Counted from the whole stretch's first letter, positions 1 through 13,226 are shown. The stretch: DNA of 57,387 bases, filler included, from Sphacelaria rigidula (GCA_964200075.2; 8 parts of 8 records of this genome joined end to end with filler, not necessarily neighbours in it), one strand, 5' to 3'. Translations and numbers: made by a program. The notes: generated from the letters alone by a model not told the origin.

Positions 1-98
1 GATCACACGCTTACTTGATTCCGGTATGGAGCGGCGGATCATTTTGCTCACTCGATTTCAGTATCAAGCGGCGAGACATGTAGCGTAAAAATACATTT

Positions 99-102
99 GA
101 TG

Positions 103-133
<31 letters not shown>

Positions 134-172
134 TGATAATAATAACAATAATGATAATAATAATAACAACAA
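99..172. repeat. (ATA)n microsatellite
   Basis: Direct reading. Confidence 0.95.
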
Positions 173-599
173 CTAGTGGTAGGCTACGGCTGACGCTCGT
201 GGCAGCAGTGCTACAGGTTTTAACAGCACAGGTCTCGCACGCGTAGAAGTTTTGAACAGGATGGCAAAAACCAAAAAATGGCCCCGACATTCACCATAAC
301 TCATCGGTAGAAGCAAATATGAAATTACAACCCCACGGCTAACCGCGACCACTACGAAGAAAGAAAAACGGAGACCTGACCGTGTTGGCGTCAACCCGAC
401 AGCGCTGCATTTGTGGAGATCTATCACGAAGAAGCAAGGACCACCCCGAGTAGAATGGCGCCCCGCCTATCATCGAGCCCCGCACCGGAGGTACAGTAAT
501 ATCTCCTCAGGGTGTACCTTAGACGACTATTGTTGAGGTGATAATTTATTATGTCGTTTTTTTTCCCCCACCGCACGTTTGCCAAGACACGCCGATAGA

Positions 600-1450
600 T
601 GAGCATCACTTTCAAAAATCGATTGCCCCCACAATCAACGTTCTGTCTGATCGAGATTGGGGTTGCACACCAATATCAAAGATACCTTGATAAAGTTGTA
701 TACACGAAAATGAACAAGGCGTTTCCTTCGTCTAACGCCATCGTAACGGAGCAGGCAAGGAGCGCAAGCAAATATACGAACGTCGCAAAGCCCACCAGAC
801 TTTTCATTTCTTGTTCGTGTTTCTTGATCGATTCCTTAAACAGATCTCAAAGCCACGGGTCTCGCATGCGTGAAGGTCATTAAAATGGCACTGGGCCCAC
901 AGATAGGGGGCACGATTTATGAGTTGAAAAGTTTCTCGACAAATCAGAGTATTTGAATACACCACAATGCGGCGACCTTTCTTCAACCAGATGAGAGATA
1001 TGAAAAGCATGTAAGTAAAAAAGCAGCTTGGATTGGTCCACACATTGCGCCGCTGCGACACAGACAGCTGCTATCGGCAATAAACGAGGATACAGCAGCT
1101 CCGTGCTGGCTCAGTTTGTTTATCCCAACCTGCACGCACCCGCCTGGCGTGTCTCCCCCGATCACAGCACCCGACAATAATTGAAGTACCAGAGAAGACT
1201 CAACAGACAGCTGTACAGCCGTCATGTGACGATTGTTTCAACCTTTCTTTGTTCCAACAGCACCTTGATCCCACCCCAATTCTGTGCAGCCCGAAACACG
1301 GCATGCAGCAGTACGCACTTCCCAGTGCACATCGCACCGTGATCGTCGTAGAGTGTTGAGATGCCCAACAGCACAGCGAGAACTACAGTATGGAAATGAT
1401 GGGTTTGGGGAGCGCCTTATTCGTTTGACTCGAGACGAAACAGTCAACAC
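600..1450 (-). pseudogene. Decayed Cys-cluster transposase-like remnant, copy 1 (KDZ/Zisupton-like, tentative)
   Basis: Frameshifted peptides RSRCDVHWEVRTAACRVSGC, GDTPGGCVQVGI, FEICLR and YWCATPISIRQN are colinear with copy 2 at 4150-5950. Confidence 0.35.
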
Positions 1451-2699
1451 ACTATGAACGTTTCAACGGTGTGTAGAGAGCACTGCGTGCCGAGAACATT
1501 GTTTTTCATAGAGACGAACGGAATTACAGTATAAAGCAACTCAGGCACTCCCAGCGGAGATCAAACCGTCTCCACAAAGGTCTGAAGACGCCACAGCGCA
1601 GCGACACCTACAACGCACAAGACAGAGTATGAGTGTGTTTTTGCTGCAGCACAGTGGTACAGGACATGTCCCATCGATAATTCTTTCCCTGATTTCAGGT
1701 GGGTCCTCGTGTCTTGCCCAGTGGCGTTTTTCAAACGCCCGGCCATAATCGCGCTTCGCGCGGAAATGTTTTAATTCACTTTGAGTTACCCCTATCTGTG
1801 GGAGGTGAGCCAATAAAATTGCGACAAACAAAAAATGGCGATGACGTTCACCAAAAATTATCAACATGAGCAAACAAGGCACACAATAACCCTGACATTC
1901 AACAACATTGGTCATTATGAGCAGATATGGAACTCCAACCCCACAGCTAACCATCACAGCTACGAAAGAATAATGTAAACCTGGCCGCTAGGGGTGCTAA
2001 CGGGGGGGGTGTTGGACTTTAGAAAATGTCCCACCTATTCGACGACATTTTACCCACCATCGACCGCTTTTCTTTCTTTTCTTAAATACACTTGATTTTA
2101 GACTACATCCTGAAACGGAAATCGTGCGTTACCCCTCAGACTGCGAACGCAATACAGATGGAATCAGCTGGACTATACCACCTTTGGTGATCAAAACAGG
2201 CGTTTTCTCGCTATAGAAAATGCCTTTCTTATCAACATGTTAGTGTTTGGGATCTGCAAGGAAAATAGTCCCGAAAAACCCCTGACCGGTTCTGATCTTG
2301 AAGTCACTTGCATGCAGAGTCAGTGTGTGTGCGGTATGTCCTGGCTGGATACAACGGCAAGAAACATTAGGCGTGCAATCGCTCTCCACTGGACACAGTC
2401 TGCTGCATGCTGTTGATGTCTCTCCTTAGTGTTCCACAACGACACTACAGGCAGCACGAAGCCGTGCTGGTAATACATGAGGCATCGAACAGGCGGCACA
2501 GACGGCGAGCAGAGCAAAAAGCACGTTTTTGGCGTCCACGTCATTTATGTTTGAAGTGTCAGGACCATGATGAGGAGCTAGACAGCGAAGTAGTCAACCT
2601 ACAGGGGAACTAAGTGGCCATTTTGATAGCCGTGATCGGTCAGAATGGCCACTCAGCTCCTCTAGGAACTCGTTCCTAGCTTAGGACGTGTCTTCGCAC

Positions 2700-3382
2700 T
2701 TTTTTAATTCGATCGAAAATATGCGACGGTGGAATTGATGAGAGCGAAGTTCACTCATTTTTTGTCGAGTTGGGTCTACGCGATTTTTCAAGCTTTCGAT
2801 CGAAAACCCCCCAGTGAAATGGGTGAAACGGTACATGATCACTCGCGTACAGTTCAGACAGAGTCTACTGTCTGCACTGCTGGCAAGCAGTGTGTCTTGA
2901 GTTCGTGTGTGCGTGTTTCGTACAGTAGTTTGGAAGAAAAGCGGGAAGCGTAGAGTATAGACAGCCCAGGACTATCATTTCTCTCTGCTTACAATGTGAC
3001 GTGAAAAGGGATTCAACAACGTGCAGCTTTATACTGCCAGCACTGTCCACCATGAGTGTGTACGCAACTCGGTTGCCCACGCCACCACGCAGTTCCATCG
3101 CTGATCCAGACACTCTGCATGCGAACAGTGCAGACAGTGCACATGAATACCGCTTTCACCCTTTGACCGTGAGGGTAGATCACCTGCTGAATCGGCATCA
3201 ATTTCACTTGAAGGAAGTATGCGTGAACAAGATAGACTACCCGCATCGCAATCGAAGGTTGAGAATTTCAATTGATTTTTTCGATCGAAAACCTCAAAAT
3301 TCGCCTGGACCCAGCAACTCCAGAAATATACGCGAATTTCCCTCAAATCAAATCCACCGTCCCTTTTTTTGATCGAATAAAA
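2700..3382. mobile_element. Degenerate fold-back/MITE element
   Basis: 2700-2870 is an imperfect reverse complement of 3105-3382 (shared TTCGATCGAAAA, GACGGTGGA and GGGTGAAA-CGGTA blocks). Confidence 0.65.
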
Positions 3383-4149
3383 TGCCTCCGATGAATCAAG
3401 AACCATGGTTTGAAAAGCGCCGGCGCCTGACCTAACCGGACGCGGAACCCAAGGTAAAGAGAGCGTGGCGCGCACCGGAACAGACAACATCTAGGTGTCC
3501 GTATTATGCTCTTCTGTTTGTTGGTTGTAGTTTACTCTGTAAATCCTACGTCACCCTGCATGCGCTGTTGTGTACTGTGTACTGCACTGTACTGTACTGT
3601 TGCTCTCATCACCATTCGAGGCGTCAAATCTTTTTTGTAGACAGCTGCACTACTGTACAGTTATACTGTACCGGCCGCCACAATTTTTGTGGGGCTCAAC
3701 CCCTCAGTCTACGTGTCATGTCCTGTGCATCTGCATCTACCTCTTAGAAATTGTCGTCAAACCCCACAGTCAAGAGGACGTGGAACAGACAGCGCCGGCA
3801 ACACCGCCGCGCAATGCGCCACCTTTGTACTGTACTACAGATTAAAACTCACAGAACGCGATACAAGCAAAACAGGAAAAAGTAATATAGAAAAAAGAGA
3901 ATACATATGGCCAACCTCAGAAGATTCGGTGCCGCAGGTGGCCATTCGGACTTCAGGGGTGGCACCCCGCTTTCCGACTCGAGTACGGCCTCAAAAACTG
4001 TACGCAAAATTTGAGTAAACCGAGTACGACCTCAAATACTCTACTCAAAGCTGCTGCACTGCACTGTTCCACCGACCAGCGTTCGAGGCAGCCGTGAAGT
4101 CTTCATCGTAACCAGCTACACTGTACTGTACTGTACTGTGTGTGCCAGC

Positions 4150-5950
4150 TACCGCTATTGGCTGGGGCTTGTCCGTTCAATTTGTATGTCATGCCCTATG
4201 CATTTGCATGTACGACACACGAAGTGGCCTTGAACCCTGCAGTCACAACGGTGTAGAACGACAGACAGCGCCGATAACATCGCCGCGACGTGAGCGACTG
4301 CCTCTCGACCCGCCTACAAATTGCTGCATAACCCGTACTGTGTGTGCAAAGTGCAGCCGGTACTTGTTTGCCGTAGTACAGTTGGTTCTTGCCGTTGTGT
4401 CACAAAAGTACCGTAGCTGGCTGGACTTCGGGTGGAACCATGGCCAGTACAAAAGTAGTAGTACAGTCATTACACCACGGCCGATTGTTCCGCAGTCGCA
4501 GGCAGGTCTGGAGATACCAACGGGCGTGAGTGCGAAACGACGTTATACGCTCACAAACTAACCCGAGCAAACACGCAGAGACATCCTCAGCAAAATTGCA
4601 ACAAACAAGACAGCATATTACAGTCGCGATGATGGTGTCTTTTCTGGTACACACCACGCTCTCCACCTTGGCTTCTGTGCGGCTGGGTACAGCAAATGGC
4701 AGCGTTTTCTCTTTAGAGCTATCACTTGTCAGAGTGTAGCATATTTGATGGATGGCCACCCGCACGAAAGTTAACCCGACTTGGACCTGTGGACATACGC
4801 CCACGGTTCTGACCTGTTGACACCCTCACGGTTCTCGGAACCTCGCAGCACTGCGATTGCGGATGAGCAACGAACTGCTGTGGCTGGTGCTCTTTCATAA
4901 TCCCTGTGGTGAGCACATATAGCTGGTAATTTTTTACAACCCATGTGATATTCTGATATTTCAGAGGGGCAAGCAGAACACGCCAACCGGCTTCGTGAGA
5001 CGTGATGCCGCAAGCCACAAGAGCGACCGCAGATACGAAGTACCGTTTAGTATAATGCAAGAGCCGATCACCAAAAACTGACTGTTTATTGAAATTATTT
5101 TGAATAAAAAGTTGCAAGTTGCAATACTGTTCTCGTGAACATTATAAAGGTTGAACTAACTCTCAGTACTGTCGTCGTGATCACGAACAGCTGCAAGCGC
5201 ACAATACAGTCTCGGTGATATGTTGTCAGCTCGGGCGAACGCCACGCCGTTCACCCTGGGTCCACCGCACAGGTGGGTACACAAACATCATCGTTTGTCT
5301 CTTCGTAATTAGTGTCCTTGTGAAGGTGCATCCGCAGCACAACATATAAGGGAAATGGATGTTTGCTCCAGTGAATTTCACCACTTGGTAGGGGTTTGTT
5401 GGTCCGACTTGGTTTTGGTGTGGATTCCATAAGCCAATTTGTGATGCGTATATGCACACCGTACATTGTGTTCAACCCTTTGAGCGCCAAGGTGTGTCAT
5501 CTGTCATGTGCAGAGTAGGCATCATCTTCACTTGAACAGTGAACGTGATAACCAGATCACATACCCTCGCGGTCAAGGGGTTGGAAGCACCAAGATGGAG
5601 GTATCAGCTCGGGCGAATATCAGCGGTGTGAAGATTAATGCAACCCGGATAGTGTTCGAAGTCCAATACTGTCCCTGGGGGATGTATAACGTGCTTCAAA
5701 TCTGGAAAGGAAAGCGACCTCCTTTCCAGGGAACGTCCGGCGCTCAGCGCACAATGTACAAATCACTTTCAAACCCAAGGCGGAAACAACCACCCGGCAG
5801 TAAGACGACAGAGCGTTCGACTGCAGCGCACTACGTTTTTCCCGCCAGTTACCAGCGTACATCGCAGTGCGTTCTACTGCGTTGTAGCTGCACACGTGCG
5901 TCGGACCCCCCGTTGTTGGGCGATAGGTGTCCAGGTTAGGTGACAGTATA
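4150..5950 (-). pseudogene. Decayed Cys-cluster transposase-like remnant, copy 2 (KDZ/Zisupton-like, tentative)
   Basis: Frameshifted peptides RTHCDVRW, LLPGGCFRLGF, CTLCAERRTFPGKEVAFL, YLQTCLRLRNNRPWCNDC...PATV/FCDTT and GDVIGAVC. Segment 4163-4300 is also duplicated at 3690-3825. Confidence 0.35.
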
Positions 5951-6962
5951 GTGATTTGTGATGCTGACAAAAAACACCGACGTGCTGTGCATGGGTGCAG
6001 TGCGTCGAATCAGTACTCGTAGTGTCGAGCCTACAAGTATTTAAAATTCTGTGAGTTCACGTAGAACTTCAACCCCTCGCCACGAATCATCTTTCGCCTC
6101 GCCTCTGTGGGACGATACAGAAGAGTGTAAGTTTTTTTTCTCTTGATGCGTCCGAGGGTGAAGTGTATAATACTGTTCCAAGAAGAATCATTCGATCATT
6201 TGGATAAAGTATGGACCCCAAAACGACACGACTTACTTGATTTCAGTACCAATCGGCGATGGTGATGATAATATTATTCGACTATTGGTGAGCCACGGCT
6301 AACGCGCGTGGCACCAGTGCCGCAGCTGTCAACACCACGGATCTCACACACGTCGTTAAAGTCACGCCCTCCCTATTCAGACGCCACATACACCTTCACG
6401 CAGATGACATATCCCGAGATTTCAACTTTTTTTCAAATGTTTTTCAGACTTACTCTTGAAACCCCGCAAAAAAAGTGAAGAAAAAAAGTGCGTTCCCGAT
6501 TTGTTTTGCCGGCCGTGGGTGGTGCCCTGAGAAAGGTTACACTTCGCCGCCCTCATTGTTTGATCATTTGTCGCACTTTGAACCCCTCCCCTCCCTCGGG
6601 ATGAGTCCATGGTCTCCAGGAATCAACCCATATCTCCCTCGAAACAATTGAATCAAAGAAAATGGAAAATAAGCACAGACGGAGGGAACTGGGGAGAAAA
6701 TATCAAAGGGAAGATCTAAGCGGATAACTACGTAACCAATACGAAAGAAGAAAGTGATCGTGACCGTTAGGGGTGCTAAACTAGGAGGGGGGGGTGTAAG
6801 CCCCCGAAAAGTGTCCGGGCTGTTTGACGACACCTCACCGCCCAGAGACCACTCTTGACGGAGGATCCTGAGAAATGGGGTGGAACATCAAAATGAGGTT
6901 CAACTTCAGAACAATGCTTTCCCGACCTGACCTAATGACATATGGCTTTCATATGAACGACC

Positions 6963-7010
<48 letters not shown>

Positions 7011-7086
7011 CCCTCTCCCGCGTTTCCTTCCCCCCCTCCTTCCCCCTCCCCTTCTGCCTCCTGTCGACACTTACACCACCCACCAT

Positions 7087-7186
7087 NNNNNNNNNNNNNN
7101 NNNNNNNNNNNNNNNNNNNNNNNNNNNNNNTTAATTAATTAANNNNNNNNNNNNNNNNNNNNNNNNNNNNNNNNNNNNNNNNNNNN
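7087..7186. other. Artificial contig linker (N run + TTAATTAATTAA + N run)
   Basis: Identical 100-nt linkers at 7087, 14273, 21459, 28645, 35831, 43017 and 50203. TTAATTAATTAA places stop codons in all six frames. Confidence 0.99.
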
Positions 7187-7502
7187 TCCTCCGTAAAGTG
7201 GACTATATATAAAGCATATATATTTGGGCTCCCAAGGGCTTGTCCAGAGAACCTTTTCGGACACGAAGGGCCCCCCCCCCCCCCCCACAAACACCAGCCC
7301 GAACCTGTCACGAAGAAAATGTTCATACAGCATCTGATGTCTGGTTTCTGGCGGCTTGAAGCGCCTCGTACGGGCGATAGTGGCGAAAACGATCGCGAGG
7401 GTGAGGATTCCGACCTGCTCGTTGCTCTCAGCTTTTTCCCACTCGATTTACGTATAGATTTACTTCCCCGAACCAGCCATTTCGTTTTTTCTGGGGGGGG
7501 GT

Positions 7503-7937
7503 GTACTCATGATCACGCATGCCGTCGTCATAAGGTCATTGACCTCGCATTCCTACTGCCGGGTTTTCGCCGGACCAGGCTCGCACTCAATCACCAAGCG
7601 GGAAGCGCCGTGGTGTGTTCGGCGAGTCGCATGAGGGGTGAGCTGAATCCTGCTAAGATTGTTCCGCCCGAAGCGTACCGATTTGTCTCGCATTTAGATG
7701 ACAGCCTCCGATGAGTTGTTTATTTTCTGGTATCGCCACTTCGTGAGACAACCACGGCTTATACACTGCCTCATGGGTCCCTCACCTTTTGAACACTACG
7801 TGGTATGATCATCCCCATCGTGCGGAGTTGAGGTTCTCCCACGCCGCACAACATGATCTAGCTCGACCACCACCATGGTCATGCCGCAAAAAAAACGCAA
7901 GCGCGCAAAAAACCCCGGCAACCTGGTTGCCTAGCTT
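7503..7937 (+). repeat. Dispersed ~450-bp repeat family R1
   Basis: Reverse-complement copies at ~14865-15312, ~52408-52882 and partial 42940-43016 share TTTTCGCCGGACCAGGCTCGCA, CACTGCCTCATGGG and GGAGTTGAGGTTCTCC. Confidence 0.85.
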
Positions 7938-9654
7938 CCGCAGTGAGTGGCGTGTTTTATAGCGTCATCGCCAACAGACGCCAATCCCATCGGGGGTCCA
8001 CCCCTACAAAGTCAGGACGGAGCATTCCGGGTCCTCGCCGGACTAGGCTAAACTTTGGGGGGAGGGGCTATCGTAGAAAGCGTCCCCTCCCGGAGGGCAA
8101 TTTATCGAAAATGTTCACGAATTGTTTTATTGACATTGTTGGAAGATATTGAAATGTACAAACACTGACAAAAATCGACAAGTCTAGCGGGCTTTGCGAG
8201 GCTCGTATATTCGCTTCTGCTCCTTATTGCCCGCCCTGTCCCGATGACCTTGAATGCCGGCAACGCTCACACACATCTACGTACGATACTCGAGCGCACG
8301 TTAGCGACAGCCTGTGGCCAAAGTAGCAACATGATCTCACGCTTCGCCAAGTTTACCCGGACTAGTGGTAGGTAGTCTAGGCGGCACACGAGAAGGAACA
8401 TGATCCTACAAATGTAATCATGGTAGGTGATGAGCTTGGAGGGGCGGTGTGTCCGTCATTTCGGCGGTCTCCATGCCAAGGATCTCATATACACGGTAGC
8501 TGATCGCATCCGCCAACGCCCCGGCAATAATCCAGGAGAAAGCAAGCTGGATGTTCCCCCCCGCCCCCCTCAAAAACTCGAACTCTCGATCTTGGGGCCT
8601 GCGTGTCCCGAAATATGTTTTTGATCGACCCTTGGGCCCACCCAACTCGAGATTACTGCGACGTACCGTAACTGGCACACGATTACAGTAGCATTTGGAT
8701 AACCGCTGGCCGCTCAGACGCTGTGCATTGTTGCGACGCTACGATGCGGGTAGAGAAAATCTTCCATATTAGTAGAAAATTGCATGCACTGCACCACGGT
8801 AGTGCAGAGGAAGTACAGTACAGAAGCCATGGCGTAAATGTAGTCGATCGCTGCAGCGCAGGCAGTGCGGCAAGCAAAGCGAACGGTGCCAGAGGGATAG
8901 CCACCTGGGAAGTAGGGATACAGCACGTAAGTGGGCAACAGCGAAGTACTTGGCGGAGCGTGTTGACGTGGTCACAACATATATATGGACATTTAGGATT
9001 ACGATATCAATAATGAAAAAGCGTTCATTGTGATACGATGGACCGTTTCAGCATGATATCGGTGATCAATCTCATGCGAGAGAGCAACAAATGAGCATCA
9101 AGCAACCTGCAAACAAGTGAGGAGAAGCTTCCTGAATGATTGATAGCCACGTATACCTACCGCATGAAACTGGAAGGAAAAATAGCCATTCCAGTGTGTC
9201 AGATACGCATTTGATATCACATAGATTGAGGGTTATACACGCCTTTGACTGGCGTCGCGAACTACTCGTGCCTGTTGTTGGCGTGGGCATCTTCTTGGAC
9301 TCTGTGTGGTCTTATTTCTCACTTAGAGATATCTAAAACTTGTAATTTTCCACCGGCGGGGGGTAGAGGTGTATCTGACATTGCAGTCTACGGGGGTACC
9401 TCAGGAAGGATCAACAAAAGCGGGCTACAGCGAAAACATCGTGTGCCCGGTGTCATATATTGGAGGGTCGGGTGCGGCGTATGTATTCCACGTAACCCAT
9501 ACGTATCGCAGGTGTCTTCGCCAAGAATTTCGCATTCAACCATGTGATTCCGATCTTTGCGATAAACAGAATGGAGATCCGTTCCCAAACATTTACAGAA
9601 TAGTGCAAGGGGAGGGTGCAGTTGGACGGTTGATGATAAGGATTCTCAATGATG

Positions 9655-10400
9655 CTCCTGGACAAGTGCTGGTGATGGAGAACGGGTATCGTGCGGAACC
9701 ACTGGATCACACCGGTTCATCTGCCAGGGTCGAACCAAAATTGATCTCTCCGAGCAACCAATGGTGGCGGACATCCACTGCACCATGTTTAAGATGACCG
9801 GCCAATGCTTTTTCATCTGCCAGAGTCAGTGAACGAAGATGCCCCTGACCGAGTGCTGGTGTTGGATAACGATGGTGACGTGTAAACTCTGTGCCTAGCA
9901 TATTTTCACCTTCCAAGGCCTGAGTAAAGATGATGTCCCCGAGCAATTGCCCACGGTTAACGACGAGTGTCACATGTAAGGCCCCTTGCTACTAATATTT
10001 CATCTGCCAGGGTGAAATGATAAGCTCCCGGACAAGAGCTGGTGATGGAGAACGGGTATCATGCGTAACCACTGGATCACACCGGTTCATTTGCCAGGGT
10101 CGAACCAAAACTGATTATGGTGGAAACCCAGTTTCATGTACAAATGACTGGGTCACATTCGCTCATTTGCCAGGGTCGAAGTAGACACGGCGTTCCCAAT
10201 TACCACCTGAAAAATAACTAACCAATATATTTTCATATCTCAGAGTCGAATGATGGACGATGTCTCCGCAGCACAGCCGGCGGTTCTCGACGGTTATGAT
10301 GTGAACATGACCGGGTAAATTATTTTCCCCCGCGAGGCGCGATTCTCGGGTTATGTTCATTTCATCTGCCAGGCGCTCACTGCAAATGGTGGTAATACAG
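9655..10400. repeat. Degenerate ~90-bp tandem repeat
   Basis: The TTCATCTGCCAG-like motif recurs near 9717, 9812, 9905, 9999, 10086, 10163, 10231 and 10361. Segments 9652-9741 and 10024-10110 are near-identical. Confidence 0.7.
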
Positions 10401-11684
10401 GAATGCTGATGGTGGACCAAGATCGAAATATGTAAAATGCAGGGAAATGGGCATGTTCATAGACGCGTTAAAGGATCACGACAAATCCGAAAACACTTCC
10501 AAAAAGAGTACAACGAAACGAGAACGACAACCACTACGTCCACCCAATCACGGCGACCACGTGACCGCCCACACTACGTCTCACTCACAGCAAGCATACA
10601 CCGACAGCGATAGAAGGCACTCCCTCCCAGCGGTCATCTCCCCCCGCCACTGCAACGCGCCCTACCAAGTCTTTCCCTGCTCAAGTACCGCACGCAAGGC
10701 TACATCAACCCGCCCAAAGCGGTCGAACTCTCGCATCGAGGGAAAGTCGCAAAAGCACCGTCCGCGGATCCAGATTTCAAATGCGCAGACCGTAGTAGCC
10801 CCTCCCTTTCTGTGGTGCATACAGTTTTGTACGATCCTAGTAATGGTTTCCCTATTGATGGCCCCGTTGCGTACCTCGTGAACGACTCGTAGAGAGTAAG
10901 TCAAGATCTCTCGTGTCATGTTGGACAGCGTACGGACGTGCAAAGTCAGGAGGGAATCGTCTTGCTCGTGAGGGTTAAGTTTGATGCCGCTGATTTCGAG
11001 GCATTGAGACAAACCAGCATACTTTCGCCTGCAGTCGGCGTCACGGATATTCTGGTGTGGACCATCGGGCCCGACATACATCCCGCTCGAACAACCCGTG
11101 TGGGGGTGGGGGCGACGCCGGCCGTTACAGGTGTGCGTGTGGCCATCGTTGGCCGTGTCGTGGAATCTTGTTCCGTAGCCTGCGACCTTGAAGTCCTACC
11201 CGGCGCTGTCATGTGGAAGAACGTTCGGGGCCAGCGCTAGTTGTCGAGACTCGGCCGAGGCAACATTTCAGCTGAAGCCGATACCACTGCGTACGGCGCG
11301 CTTTGAAACATGGCCTGGGACGAGCACGGACGAGGACATGACGGTCGAACCCGCAGGCAACACTGACCGTTAGTGCGTTTCGCGCTTTTCGATGCATGAT
11401 TGTGAAGCAGTACAGTATACGAACTACCTCGTGTGGGCTACACCGGGAAACTGGGGCACATTGGCAAATTTCAGCGTGCGCGTGTGGCAGCGCGCATGGG
11501 AAATCTGTGATTGCGGGACTTCATGCTACGAGCACGCGTGATGGACTGACTCACCGCCTCTCATCCGCTCTTCCGGGCCAGTAGGGAGCAGGCCTTCCAC
11601 AACGAACCGGACCTTGGCCTGCACGACGTATAGTAAATTAGAAAGCTCGCGGTTGAGAATATTGACGAACAGAAACAAAGTAAG

Positions 11685-12530
11685 AAGCTCGTGGTGCAAA
11701 AAACAAATTACTCGAGCAAACGAGCCATCGCTCGTGGTAGAAAATAAATGAAAAGCTTGAGCAGTCGAGTCATTACTCGTGGGTAAGAAAGAGATGACTC
11801 CAGTCCACGAGTCACCGCTCGTGGTTAAAGAAACTTCATGACCTGGGAGAACTAGTCACTGCTCGTGATTCAAAGAATGAACAGCTCGAGCACTCGAGTC
11901 ATTGATCGTGGGAACATGAACAAAAAATCTCGAGTACACGAGGCAGTGTTCGTGGTTAAAAAAATGAATAGCTCCAGTCATTGCTCGTGAGAAAACAAAT
12001 TGGTAGCTTGAGCAGTCAAGTCATTACTCGTGGTGAAAAAATAGATAACTCCAGCCCACGCGTCACCGCTCGTGGTTCAAAAAATGAACGGCGCGAGCAC
12101 ACGAGTCATTGCTCGTGGTTGAAAAAAACAATGACTCAAGCACACGAGTCTGTGCTCGTGATTGGAAAAGTAAATGACTCAAGTATACGAGTAAGTGCTC
12201 ATGGTTGAAAATTCTCGTGGTCGTAAAAGTGAGATGACTGGTTGAAAAATTAAATGACTCGAGCAAAAGACTTCCGGCTCGTGGTGAAAAAATGAACAAC
12301 TCGAGAAAACGGGTCAATTCTCGTGGTGAAGAAAATAACAGAGTCAAGCACTCGAGTCGTTTCTCATGGTGAAAACCAAATATAGCTCGAGCACTCGAGT
12401 CATTGCTCGTGGTGAAAAAATAAATGACTCGAGTGCTCGAGTCGTTGCTCGTGGTGAAAAAAATGAGTGACTCGAGGAAACGAGTCACGGTCGTTTGTTT
12501 CAAAATAAATCACTCAAGCATACGAGTCAT
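11685..12530. repeat. Minisatellite of ~20 degenerate ~40-bp units, each internally palindromic
   Basis: Approximate consensus AATGACTCGAG-CA-CTCGAGTCATT-GCTCGTGGTGAAAAA; an example unit is 12421-12462. Confidence 0.9.
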
Positions 12531-12597
12531 CCTCGGTGTGTAAAAAAACAGTAACGAATGCACTCGTTTCGACGCCGTCTCGGCCCACGTGCACTAG
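11685..12597 (+). mobile_element. Probable non-autonomous Helitron 3' end
   Basis: GC hairpin GCCG-TCT-CGGC (12574-12584), a 9-nt spacer, then CTAG (12594-12597) followed by T, directly downstream of a subterminal minisatellite. The 5' TC end was not located. Confidence 0.5.
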
Positions 12598-13226
12598 TAT
12601 CCAAAACATTCACACCGAGTCAAGAAAAGAGGGGGGGCACTTTCTACATTAGCCCCCCCCCCCAAAAAGAACAACAACAACCGAAAGTGTCACGAAAAAA
12701 ATGGCCATACAGCGCCTGATGTTTTGCTTATGTATATGGGTAACATCAGCAAGAACTAACCCAGGCGTGGGAGATCCCAGCTGCTCGTTGTGCTCGGTTT
12801 TTCCATTTCGATTCACGTGAAGATTTTACCTCCCCGAACCAGGCACTTTTGAGGGGGAGACTAGCGTAGAGAGTCTCGGGGACTATCACCGCACTCTACA
12901 CACGTTCAACCCGAGAAGGGCATCTGGTCGGTCCTTTTCATTCTCCTGCGTTACATATCTTTTTCATTCATTTTTTTCATCATTTTTTTGGGTGACTTTT
13001 GAGGATAAGAAAAACGTTGCTCTTGGACCTTACTTGAGTTTTTTTAACTCAATCTCTCGAATTGCGATTTTAAAGAACATGGAGAAGGGCAACAACGTCC
13101 TGAAAAAAAAACCCTCCACCTTCCTTTTGGGAGGGAGGTTAGGGCGTTCTTGGAAACAACGGTTTTTGCCATACTCAAACGTCCTAGACCAAAAAAAGTA
13201 GAATAAAAAAACTGATCCACTTTCAA

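Noticed and set aside
11685-12530. CRISPR-like array
   Set aside because: The palindromic units are directly tandem and degenerate with no unique spacers, no cas genes are present, and the context is eukaryotic.
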